From contig OZ037769.1 of the NCBI GenBank assembly GCA_964035545.1, positions 10,136,633 through 10,200,632 of the forward strand: 64,000 nt of DNA, read 5' to 3'. A program made the position numbers and the translations under genes. Every line of letters begins with the position of its first letter. Position 1 is the first letter of the stretch. Of this stretch, positions 14,470 to 26,512 are shown piece after piece. This stretch comes from Bugula neritina (Eukaryota > Animalia > Bryozoa). The notes under the pieces are model-generated. The model was not told the origin of the DNA. It did not search any database and was given only the letters and a program-made list of their open reading frames with translations.

Positions 14470-17400
14470 TACATAGAGTAATTCTGGCTATACAATAGTA
14501 CATTTGTATTAAACATTTCATAGCACCTAACCTCTATTCGAGTTGGCGTCGGCATCAATACTTTCCTCCATTCTTTTACATATCATGTCTACAAGCCTTT
14601 CAAACACTTGCTTCACATTGACATTGTCTTTTGCTGATGTCTCAAAGAAATCTACCCCTGTATCAATTATTACATATTATCTCAAACAGAAGAGGTAAAT
14701 ACAGTTTTGCAGGTATATGGACCTTATATAATACAGTAATTAATGTCAAGGGAAAATCTAATCATAGCCATGAAATCAGTGAGCTGCACAACAGAAACAA
14801 GCACCTGGTGATACTTGCCTAATGAAGATGCCAGTTGATAGCCTCTCTCTTGACTCACAACTCTTTCATCCTCCAAGTCACACTTATTACCGACTAGTAT
14901 CACTTGGGGACTGTCCCAGGAGTAAGTGCTAATCTGAGTACACCTGTAGACACAGGATATTACATCTATGTGTACTACCAGTCTAATCTATAGACATCTT
15001 AACAATCTAATCTATAGACATCTTACCAATCTAATCTATAGACATCTTACCAATCTAATCTATAGACATCTTACCAATCTAATCTATAGACATCTTATCA
15101 ATCTAATCTATAGACAGCTTATCAATCTAATCTATAGACATCTTACCAATCTCGAGTAGCAGCAAATGACTCTTCATTGCTGACATCGTACATGAGTATA
15201 AATCCCATAGCCCCTCTGTAGTAGGCGGTGGTGATGGTTCTGTACCTCTCTTGGCCAGCCGTGTCCTGCACAGACATGTAATATACCACATTATATGTCT
15301 ACAGGTAGGTGTGGAAACTACTAGACTACAGGTAGGTGTGGAAACTACTAGACTACAGGTAGGTGTGGAAACTACTAGACTACAGGTAGGTGTGGAAACT
15401 ACTAGACTACAGGTAGGTGTGGAAGCTACTAGACTACAGGTAGGTGTGGAAACTACTAGACTACAGGTAGGTGTGGAAGCTACTAGACTACAGGTAGGTG
15501 TGGAAACTACTAGACTACAGGTAGGTGTGGAAACTACTAGACTACAGGTAGGTGTGGAAACTACTAGACTACAGGTAGGTGTGGAAACTACTAGACTACA
15601 GGTAGGTGTGGAAGCTACTAGACTACAGGTAGGTGTGGAAACTACTAGACTACAGGTAGGTGTGGAAGCTACTAGACTACAGGTAGGTGTGGAAACTACT
15701 AGACTACAGGTAGGTGTGGAAACTACTAGACTACAGGTAGGTGTGGAAGCTACTAGACTACAGGTAGGTGTGGAAACTACTAGACTACAGGTAGGTGTGG
15801 AAACTACTAGACTACAGGTAGGTGTGGAAACTACTAGACTACAGGTAGGTGTGGAAGCTACTAGACTACAGGTAGGTGTGGAAACTACTAGACTACAGGT
15901 AGGTGTGGAAGCTACTAGACTACAGGTAGGTGTGGAAACTACTAGACTACAGGTAGGTGTGGAAACTACTAGACTACAGGTAGGTGTGGAAACTACTAGA
16001 CTACAGGTAGGTGTGGAAGCTACTAGACTACAGGTAGGTGTGGAAACTACTAGACTACAGGTAGGTGTGGAAACTACTAGACTACAGGTAGGTGTGGAAA
16101 CTACTAGACTACAGGTAGGTGTGGAAACTACTAGACTACAGGTAGGTGTGGAAACTACTAGACTACAGGTAGGTGTGGAAACTACTAGACTACAGGTAGG
16201 TGTGGAAACTACTAGACTACAGGTAGGTGTGGAAACTACTAGACTACAGGGACATGTATTACTGAAGTCAATGCTATAGAAAGAACAATCACATGTCAAA
16301 CCCTGAGATACTGTAGATTGCTACTATTGCAGCCAGTTCCCAACTTTTATAGCATGTTTAGCAGTAATATGAATGTAAACGGGCAGCAATGTTATTTGAA
16401 CTGGCAACAGCTACTGACACTGCATTCCTGCAAGTGCAGCCCTGAAACTCCCCAGTCTTCATCAAGTTAGTGTGCCTCTGCAGTAGTGCTGCTGTAACTA
16501 CCCCAAGTTACTGTGCCATACTGATCAAAAGGCAGATAACTCCCACTCTGCCCTTATACCATAAACAGCTAGTGTTAGGTGCAGCAAGTGTCACTATAAG
16601 TTGGAAGTTGCATAAATGGAGCAGTTTCATAAATTCATATACTTTTCTCAACCCTGAGCTCAACTTGGTGTTGAATTTCACTAACATCTTGACTGACTTT
16701 AACAACCGTCCTCAAAACAAGAAGCTGACTGAGATAGGTACGTCCTGACCCATCAGGGCAGCAGTCCCTCACTCATGGGCCCAGACTCAAACATCTGGTC
16801 CTAAACTTGGTTTGAGATACTCAGCCAGTAAGATTATTTTTTGCCCTTGATGTTGCAATAAGTTTAGATGTCACATTTGTATTGGTGCTGCTGTTGATTA
16901 CATAATATTTTTTCAGTGACACTGAAATAAATAATTAACAAGTTATTTGCACAATTATTGTAAGAAAACTCACTTGCCATTTTTATACAATGTACATAAA
17001 TTACAAGGGAAATAAAATCAATAGAACTAATACTGCTATGCTGTATGACTTTATTTGCAGTAGAATTCCTTGTATAGCGTTGTGTACTAGAGGCTCACAC
17101 TCTGAAAATGTTAACAACTCCTACCCTAGGGTTTAGTTGTCACATTGATTAGTCAATAGTCTGGTAATACGATGAGACAACTCCAAGGAACATGTCCTGT
17201 ACATATAATTATCACCTGGATTACAAGCCTTTGACACAAATACACTAAATATTCAACAAAACCCAATGGTTGACCTCAAGTTCTCACAAATAACTCATAA
17301 ATCTCCGGATAGTCAAATTCAACTGTCACTACAACCACAAGCGATTAGCTTCTATACTAACATTTTTACTTATTCTTATTATGATAATGTCAGGATGGCA

Positions 17401-19270
17401 CAGTTGGTGAAACACATGACTCTAAGTCAAGGAATTCAGGGTTTGAATGCCAACTGTGCCATTTCTGACAACTCTAGTTACATCCAGTCACACTCACTCA
17501 ACAATAAAGTGCAATGTCAGTAGTAGAATGTGAAAACATTACAAAATATTGGAAACAAGCTTAAAGCTTTCAAGATTGCAATAGGTTGGTTTTTTTTTCA
17601 ACTATATATTATCTACTTTTCAGTTCTGTTCCCCCAAGATTTCACCATGCTAATCAAATATTTAATGTGCAGAGTCAGTTCATTATTTTATATTTATTTG
17701 GCAATTTAAAAGATTTCAATAACTATTATATTTATTTCATTTCCTGTTCTTGCAAAAGACTAAACTGCACCTTAATACCTGAGAACTTAGTAGGAAAGCC
17801 TATTAATATATAAAGGAACAGAGGCTATACACAGTTTAACTACTCCAACTAAGTCTTTCATAAACATTAGTGGACCAAGATATAACTAGAGAAAAAGATA
17901 GTCACAGAAATAAATCATTAGCTATGAATATGAAAATGTTGGTTAATAAACTAATGTTAAATCATTATTGTTTTCATTACATCACGACTGTTATGTAGTA
18001 CTTGGTAGTAGTAGTAGTGTGGCTGCACACTGTCTACACGCTTATCTATGTTTTATTGGGTTATTGCTTTTATCAATAATTTTCAATGAGTTTATAGGAG
18101 GATAAATAGCTTAGGAAGTTATTAAACTTCACGGCCTACTACAGAGTCTACTATTGATTTATATACCTCAACATGGCACAGCAGGAGCTTATGAACTCAG
18201 TCTCTCAATAAACACTAGAATCTGAGGAAGAGAAATTATGACCAACTATTTCAAAACAAATCCAATTAGTTTTTAGCTTATGGAATATTTTTGGAGCAGC
18301 AAAGCAACAAAAGAAGCTCCAGGTTTTAAGTTTGACAGCTGAGAAAGGATGAAATGCACACAGGGTTAAAGTTAAACCCAGACAGCAAGTGCTGAGAGAA
18401 GTTGTATATAGTTACAGCAGCTAGTACCTTCTCAGTAACTTAAAGCAGTGTATAAGAAGTAGACATAGATCATGTGTGTGTAAAATAATTATATGATATA
18501 CTGTCTTCCATCTTAAATCATGAATTTCTTTCCTAGCATATCTTTCCTAAGGTCAAGTGGCAGTGCAGAAACATTGAGCAAAATATTTAAATTAAAAAAG
18601 ACTTGTTATCAATAAACCTCTACAGTGGCTTGCTGCATGTGCCAATGAAAGCCTTCCACCTGTTTCCACACCTTAACACATTATGAGGCAGATGTCCACA
18701 TACAGTACTATCAACAACAGTACTGCAGGTAATACAGTACTGAAGGTAATACAGTACTGCAGGTAGCACAGTACTGCAGGTAACATTAAGCATTACTTGC
18801 AACACATTGCGTTCACACTTTTTATTGTTAGTTCTTTTATTTTGTAAAATGCACATACGCCCGTAACTTGAGACCCCATATAATGCATCAAAACATGTCA
18901 CCAAAAGAACTTCATGATTCAACCTCAAATAATATTAGTGAGTATACAGGTAATACTAGTGAGTATACAGGTAATACTAGTGAGTATACGGGTAATGTTA
19001 GTGAAAGCTACTCACCCATATTTGAAGTTTCACTCTTTTATTATTGTGGCAGACTGTCTTCACCTTGAAGTCTATTCCAACAGTGGACACAAAGGCAGAT
19101 GTAAATGTATCATCTGCATATCGAAACAGAAAACTTGTCTTTCCAACACTTGAATTTCCAATAATTAACAGTTTAAACATATAGTCAAAATTCTGGTCTG
19201 CTGCATCTTCTTTCTTCCACCTTCTGTCAGCATATGTGTTGGCAGACAAGCCATTACCTGCCTGCAACAT
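13441..19270 (-). CDS. RAB3: Rab3 small GTPase, 224 aa; exons 19016-19270, 15147-15265, 14819-14943, 14532-14657, 13441-13490
   Basis: [26 protein letters not shown]|[31 protein letters not shown] and a C-terminal CAC prenylation motif. Phases are consistent (675 nt). Intron 14658-14818 is GC-AG. Confidence 0.96.
14300..14406 (-). mobile_element. tRNA-derived SINE copy, adjacent to a (TA)n tract at 14416-14465
   Basis: Reverse complement gives gcagccgtggtctagaggttagagcg (A box); similar to copies at 21510-21716 and 22238-22350. Confidence 0.6.
14983..15150. repeat. 24-bp minisatellite x7 (ctaatctatagacatcttaccaat) that includes a Rab3 5' splice site
   Basis: Seven tandem units read directly; the last unit overlaps the exon end at 15147. 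Confidence 0.95.
15299..16250. repeat. 27-bp minisatellite x35 (ctacaggtaggtgtggaa[a/g]ctactaga) in a Rab3 intron
   Basis: 35 near-identical units with a single A/G variable position. Confidence 0.97.
18700..19003. repeat. Short minisatellites: 17-bp acagtactgcaggtaat x~4 (~18717-18783) and 21-bp tagtgagtatacaggtaatac x3 (~18936-19003)
   Basis: Direct reading. Confidence 0.75.
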
Positions 19271-19952
19271 GATTCAGTACAATGCAGCCGGCATGGGTTT
19301 TCTCACGTATAGCAGCTCGACTTACAACTCATAGTGTTTATCCCTGTTTAGTCCTTAACTAAACCCTTTAAAGCTGATTAATCATCCATGCAAGCAATAA
19401 TTCATAGCATTGATAAAGTCTATATCTATCTACCTATCTATACTCCCACAGAATGCTGAGTATTTATTTCACGGTCTAGAGCCAACTAAAATGAAGCCAA
19501 CAGGTGAAATAGATGAGACAGGTGACCTAATTCAGCTAACTCGTACACAATCAGTTTATATACAGATTGACAAACCCAGTAATAATAGTTACTGCAACAT
19601 TAAAATTAATAAGAAACAACTCTGAGTAGAATTACTAGACGCAGTGTGCAGATTTACTATAAATCAAAATATAAACTATAAAAGGTAATGCAGTTTGCCA
19701 AACACACACAATATAGTTCTCCCAGCAATTATTTCACAAAACATATCCAGAAGATCAAAAAAGAAAGTTTCCAACTTAATATTTGACTTCGATTGATATT
19801 ATATATAAATTGAATTTAGCTCTTTTTTGTGTTACTGTTGTATATTTGTATTTTTTTGTCCTTTTGTTTTTTTTGATGGAAATAAAGAAAACAAACAAAC
19901 AAACAAATATTAATAATTTAGTTATCTATAGAAACTATAAGCATGCTAAAAA

Positions 19953-20073
19953 CCCCTACATGGTAGACAGCCTATGGTCCTCTACATGGTAGACAGCCTA
20001 TGATCCTCTACATGGTAGTCAGCCTATGAACCCCTACATGGTAGACAGGCTATGGTCCTCCACATGGTAGTCA
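19953..20073. repeat. 26-bp minisatellite x~4.6 (cctctacatggtagacagcctatggt)
   Basis: Direct reading. Confidence 0.85.
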
Positions 20074-21509
20074 AGCTGTAGCGGTGTTTATTTGATTCAG
20101 GTCAAATAGTTAGATGACAGGCATAGTGTTTTTGGTTTAGACAAGACCATTTCCCAACATAATTTACCCAAAGCTAGACCTTAATTCTGTTAACACTAGA
20201 ATTGTAACAATTACCAATAAGCAGTACTTGCATAACACACAATATGACCAGAAACATTGAGATAGGCCCTATCTGGTAGGTTTAAAAATGTTTATTTCAA
20301 CATTTCAGTTTATTACTCTAACAATTTTAATTATCTCAAATATTTAATCTAATTTCACCCATTTAAAGTTCTCAATAGACTGACTCCAGTAGTTGTCATA
20401 CCCACATTATAATAATAATACCAATTATTATTATAATAAAATTAGTACAACATTTATCATACATGGCTGCATTACTATACTGCTAAGTTAGCTGAGAAAT
20501 TTTCCTGTCCTATGTATATCTTTCTTTATTCTCCAATACAATGCATGTTTAAAATCTCTAAAAGCAAAGACAACACAAACAAGTTAATAGAAACACACCT
20601 GAGCCATCCAGTTGACTGTAGTGACAGCTTCTCCCCAATGTGCCTGTATCTTTAATCCTGCAAGTCAGTTTCAACCATTTCAAGTATTGAATAATAGTAT
20701 ATAACTTCTCTATTCTGTGACAATAATGGACAAACTATTTAGAAATACTTGCAAGTTTTGTATTTAATACATTAGTCTAAACTCTATTCTGATAGGCTTT
20801 AACACCTCACGCATATCAACACACACAATAGAATATCATGTACCATCAAACAAATGCTAATGAATATCTATTATATCAAAAGATCATTTTTTTCCAGACA
20901 AATTACAATGCTGTAACCAATTTCTTTAGCAAATAAAAATAAAGATGCAATTTTTAGTTTAAGGTAAGACTGTATTTTAATAGTTCTTAAATATATTTTA
21001 GCTATTAGGATGTTTAATCAAAATAATAGAAAAGTTGATGTATGATAGCAAATTTTTTTCAACTTTAATTTAAAACCTAGGATTTGAAAAAGGGAAATCC
21101 TCTAGAAAAATTAAAAAGTATTTTGAATTATATTAAATCAGTTAAATTATAAACTATTCATTCATAGGTAAATTATAATTATTGTACCAGATTTTAGAAT
21201 ACAGCAATCAACAACATTATATCTAATCATGATAGATAATAAAGTAAATACAGCTAGTTAGGAAGGTTTGTAACAAAAACGTTGTAAATGTCACATCTTC
21301 AATTGTAAAAATTTAACACAATATTATTATTTTTAAGTTTTTAACAGTACTGTTATGTTACTACCACACATCATGTACATTTTGCCTAGTTTACACTTGT
21401 TCAAAGATTTTATTCCTGTGGAACCCCCTAATAGTGCAAGCTTCTAATCTGTCTATGGACTGCAAATTTACAATGTAGGCACATGACTTGAGGGATTTTG
21501 TTGTAACGT

Positions 21510-21716
21510 AAGAGAAATGATGACCAGATGATCTCCGTGACATCACTAATTGTCCCACTAGGACTAGAACTACGTGTCCCACTAGGACTAGAACTACGTG
21601 TCCCACTAGGACTAGAACTACGTGTCCCACTAGGACTAGAACTACGTGTCCCACTAAGACTAGAACTACGTGTCGTACTAAACCTAGACTCTAACCTCTA
21701 GACTATGGCTGCTTCT
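21510..21716 (-). mobile_element. tRNA-derived SINE containing an internal 24-bp minisatellite x5 (21551-21674)
   Basis: Flanks match the SINEs at 14300 and 22238; unit tgtcccactaggactagaactacg. Confidence 0.65.
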
Positions 21717-22237
21717 TGAGCACCTTGCTTAGCAGAGATCTGTTAAATACAAACTAAAAAGCAACCTGCACTCATTAAAAACAATAAGTTGTTAAACCTG
21801 GTATAAATCTTTATATTAATTATAAACTGCCCTAAATGCTAGTCTATTGCTGTGTTTTACTCAGTTAGCTTATAATTGTTTACATATTAGTAAGCAACTC
21901 CCATAATTGTAATATTACAAGAGCAAGACAAGCTGAGCTAATTTGTAGTCTACAGAAATTTGATTATTTAAATTTGAAAATGACATTGAATATTATTCAA
22001 CTAAGCTTATATCTTAAGTTTTGAAACTACGAAAACTTTTTATCCTGAGACTTTAGGGTTGCCTGAAGCTAAGTATCAACTTAATGACATTTTATTAGTA
22101 TTAGTAACAGCTAATTGATTTCAGTGTTATCTAGGATATTTGATCTTTAATACTTATTGCTAACTATTAACTATCAAGTAGCATCTTATATCTTACCTGA
22201 TTAGTTTATTAGACATTGCACCTCAATTTTAAAAGAA

Positions 22238-22350
22238 GAAGCAGAAGTGGTATAGCGGTTAGAGCACTGACCTATTGTGCACTAGGCTATGGGTTTGAAT
22301 CCCAGCAGGGTCATTGGTGACATCAGAAAGATTATCTGATCATAACTGAC
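22238..22350 (+). mobile_element. tRNA-derived SINE copy
   Basis: A box tggtatagcggttagagc and B box gggtttgaatccc, followed by the family body cattggtgacatcagaaag. Confidence 0.65.
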
Positions 22351-23299
22351 ACAGCATGGGCAGCTCACTGTGACAGCCTTACCATCAGCTGATATTATTA
22401 GAGCATATATTAGAAAGATGAAGACTTGAAATAAAATTGAGTTTAATGATTCACATTGATAATAAAAAGGCTAACATAATAGACAGAAACAGGTCCAAGT
22501 TGCAGCAAATTATGGTGAATATTATACACAATGCAGTTACAAATATTAAATACAATTGATATAGATGCTTAGCTTTAGTAATTCTTAAAATCAATACTGA
22601 AGTTAATATTCTTAGAGTTTGTAACATGCGAAGTTTAATTTACTCTAAGCTAAATTCAAATGAATTAGACATAGTTTAAGCTTATTCATAGTAGTAATAT
22701 TATTGTGTCTAGTAGTAATATGCTCAAGTAATAAGTAAACTCAAATATAAAACTGTCTTCAGCTATTGGAGAGTTATGCCTACTAGTTGATACTATATTA
22801 AATATGATCTTTTTACATTTAGAAATATTATTAATAACAAAATAATCAACTGTCTAATTCTGCTGATGAATTTTTGTATTAGAATGGGAATAAAAATACA
22901 TTTAGTTCAGCTTATTGATAAAATTTATGCTAAAACTAAGATTGGTTATATTTAGATTAAGCGATAGATATATCATAATAGTAATAATAGCATTAATTTA
23001 TAATGATACTTTAGTAGCAGATGCTGAAATCACGGTATATATTAATATACTGTGATTTTATCACAGTATATTAAAATACAACAAATGACATCTTTCCCCT
23101 TTATATATGCGTTTAGTGACACCACTCTCAAATCTATAAAAAAGGGTAAATATTATGATGTAATCATGCAGTCCAATCTGTAGTTTAAAAGACCCATTTA
23201 AAATTAACATGTACACAAAATACTATTTATGATGCACCCATGAAAGCAAAATTAGTGGATATTTGAATATGTTCAATTTCATGTTAAGTTATCATTTAT

Positions 23300-24816
23300 A
23301 CTATCTATAGTTAAACTTATAGTTATAATAATATTTATTGCTTATATTCATAGTTGTATATTAGATTAAACTTATAGTAATACTAATAGTATAAATATAA
23401 TTACATTTAATAAAAAAAAGATATGAAAGTGAGGAGTTCCTGCGCAATATGGCTCTGTGAAGAGGTGCTCGGCAGAAATAATTAATCTGATCTGATTACA
23501 TTTACTGTATTAGTATTAGTAATATTAATAGTAAACTAGTGATACTTAATTTTATAGTTAATAGGGCTACAGCTATATGACTATCAGTATCACCATGATT
23601 TCAACTTGTAATTAAATTTATAACCTATGACTAGGCAGGCTATGCCTATAGTAATACAGTAATACTAATACTATTAGTAATAGTAATACAGTAATACTAA
23701 TAGTAAATCATGAATGTAATACTAATACTAATAGTAATAGTAATACTAATACTAATAGTAATAAGTAAATCACTAAAAGTAAATGAAATAATAAAATCAT
23801 AATGATACTGATAGTCATAGTGATAATCATTTAATCATAATCATAATGATAACCATAACGTAAAACTGAATCAAAATGTAGTATTTAAACTTAAAGTTAA
23901 ATAGTTAAAATGTTACACTTTGAATTACAGCTTTATTATTATTAATATTAGAACATTGTGATTGACTTTGAGTTTAAATAAATAAAATAACAAAATGTGC
24001 TGCTAATTTTTGGTCAGAGTCTTCTAAATTTTTAGTGCAATTATAATATTAATAATATTATTATACATAGTTGAGGGTGTTGGTACAGTTTCTAAAAAAA
24101 ATAATGTAAAAGTCAAGTGTGGTATGTGTAGGGTAACTACAAAATAATGCATACAAAGAGTTTAACACTTTCTCGCTAAATTAAAGGTCAAGGATATTGC
24201 AATAGTAGACCTACCAAAACTTTTTTGTATCATCATCATATTATTATGATGGATGTAAATTATGATTATAATTAAAACCTTTAAATAAATGTCCAATAGT
24301 TATAGTCACATTATAATTTAAATTAGCAGTAAGTCACTTGGTAAAATAAACGTAAGTAATGTGTTTCAATTAATTACAAATATTATTACTATAAGTTTAA
24401 GTATAAGTATATTTTAATGGTGTACCTCAGCCAGTACTTTTAGTTTTTCAACTTTTCAAGTTAATCTTCATCTTCATCTTGAACTTGACTCTTGAGAGTT
24501 GAGAATGAGTCTCACTCTCAGTCTTGTGATCACCGATTTATGTTAAAATCAATTATCATATTAAATTTAATATCCATTTCATTATCAACGTAGTTGTGAA
24601 TATGGTAAATATTCAATGTTATTAATATTATTACTATTAGCTCTTACTCTTAGTCTTTCTCTTTGCTGATTACTCAATCGAAATAAATCATTACTCATAA
24701 TCATACTGATACTCATAGTGATAGTCATTAGTCATTACTGATCACTCTCATTACTCATACTCATAGTCATACTCATTCGTGATTAGTCTTAGAAATGTAA
24801 ACACTATTAGTAATAC
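23300..24816. repeat. 3/6-bp periodic AT-rich tract (patchy); continues at 32304-33140 beyond the E1 insertion
   Basis: tactaa/tagtaa/tcatac/tcatag mosaics; (ctactgctagtg)n at ~32416-32530. Confidence 0.65.
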
Positions 24817-25415
24817 TGTTATGTTTTCCAGAATTAGGGTTGATATGCAATCCAGAGAGTCTAATTACTTGCTATAGAACTGCACCAGGATAAGTCGAGT
24901 GAACGAGTATATATTTTAAACACAATAATACATTACAAAAACGATACAAATACATCTGACAATTTACACATCTAGACTATTCAGCACTCTAACTTCGACT
25001 GACTAACAGCGGGAAAACTATTACTGCTGCTAACTAATCCTAAGCCGCTAATTGGCTATCAATTGTTCCGGGTCAATTACACGACCCCATATACTGTGCT
25101 GCTGGTAGCTCCACGAGCCACCACACCGCCCCCACCAGCAGAAAGCCCTCTTTCTGATATATAAAAACATTCATCCTTAACCACATACATCAGTAGACCA
25201 AAAGATAGTACATAACACATATAAAGATATCTAATAGCAGACAGAGTCATTATAACAGCAAGTTACATACAATTGGCCAGCTATAGAGGAGGAATACCGG
25301 CTAGCTGTAGTATTGGACAAAGAGTCGACCTGTCGAGCAGTCAAGCATTTGCATGATAGTCTTGGGTCTCCCAAGAAGGCGAAGTTGTGGATTATTCCGG
25401 GTAGCAGAACCAGAG

Positions 25416-26488
25416 TCAATGTTGGGCACGCCGATGTTTGGCTTGGCATGTACGTAGCTTCCGCTTGATCCGGCCCACTGATCCTTTCAGTTGGAAGAAC
25501 CCCGTCGTGGTGTTGAGCAGGTCGGGTGCTAACTGGGTAAATTCCTCTTGTAATCGGAGGAGACGTTCCTCTACTGTGGCCAGGCGAGCAGGGTCTGGGG
25601 ACGGTGTCCGTCTGCGGCGCAGAGGGGGACTGGGAGACCTGGTTCGTCTCTTCGTCGGGGTAGGGGAGACTTCTCCCTCTTCGGGGTAGGAAAGTTCCTC
25701 GGGGGTGTACGCAATCTGAGGGCGGTCAGATACCAATGGGGATTGTTGCCTGGCATAGTCTAATACGCGTTGGAAGCCCGAGGTCAGGACAGCTAACAGC
25801 ATCGCCTTCTTTACTAGGGGTCGTATCAGAGTGAGGAATTCTGGATAGAGTTTGGCATCTACTACGTAGTTCTCTCCGGAGAAACAGCCTGTTGCTCGAT
25901 GTCGGGTGACAGGGTAGGGGTAGACATCATTGTATCCACAGGGGCAGAATGTGAGTAAGAGATGGGCATTGACGTGTAGCTTCAAGGAGCGGTGAGATGC
26001 ACATTCTTCGCCACAAATCTGGCACCGCGTCCGTCCTCTGGACCCCCAGGCCGTTTCTATCTGCTCCTCTGATTTTGGAGACACCCACCGCCAACGGCGG
26101 CGCAGTGGCTCGGGCCGGTCACCATTGGCATACTCCTCAGGATGCGGAGCGGGAAGTGCTTTATCTCGTACCCTGGTTGTAGCGAGTCGAGTGTAATCTG
26201 AAAAAGTTTCAACAGTGTTAGTATAATACACTGCCGTGTTGTCGGCTTGAATAGCCTGGCAACTCCTCATTCAGTTACCTCGTAGAGATTTATGGTAGTG
26301 AATAGTCAGATAGAACACGTATTGCAATGAGATTATAAAAATCTCCAAGTCAAACTGAGTTCTTACTACGGTATTTCACTAACCTATCTTCAGCTCAATT
26401 GACTCAGTGAGTCGGAGCTGAGCGATGCAATCTAGTTTCCATATTAAGATATAGTTAACTCACCCCACGATCTGTTGTCGTAAGACAT
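25416..26488 (-). CDS. E1 accessory ORF3, predicted spliced (26464-26488 + 25416-26197), 268 aa: C2H2 + C2HC zinc fingers, SP/R-rich linker, coiled coil
   Basis: CQIC-x12-H-x3-H then CPC-x12-H-x4-C; donor G|gtgagt; branch point TACTAAC; acceptor tttttcag|; homologues in E2 and E4. Confidence 0.75.
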
Positions 26489-26512
26489 ACTGAATTTGTG
26501 AAATGGTTTGAA

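Noticed and set aside
14526-14531. Rab3 ending at ..SNRG* by reading into the intron
   Set aside because: This would lack the prenylation motif; a phase-compatible last exon ending in CAC* exists at 13441-13490.
15127-16299. 390-aa and 342-aa repetitive ORFs; superficially CRISPR-like array
   Set aside because: These are translations of a 27-bp minisatellite inside a Rab3 intron. There are no unique spacers or cas genes, and the context is eukaryotic.
22238-22312. tRNA gene
   Set aside because: A and B boxes are present but there is no consistent cloverleaf, and it continues into a body shared with two other SINE copies.
25416-26270. ORF3 as an env gene
   Set aside because: No signal peptide or transmembrane anchor is evident; it has zinc-finger spacing and basic NLS-like tracts instead.
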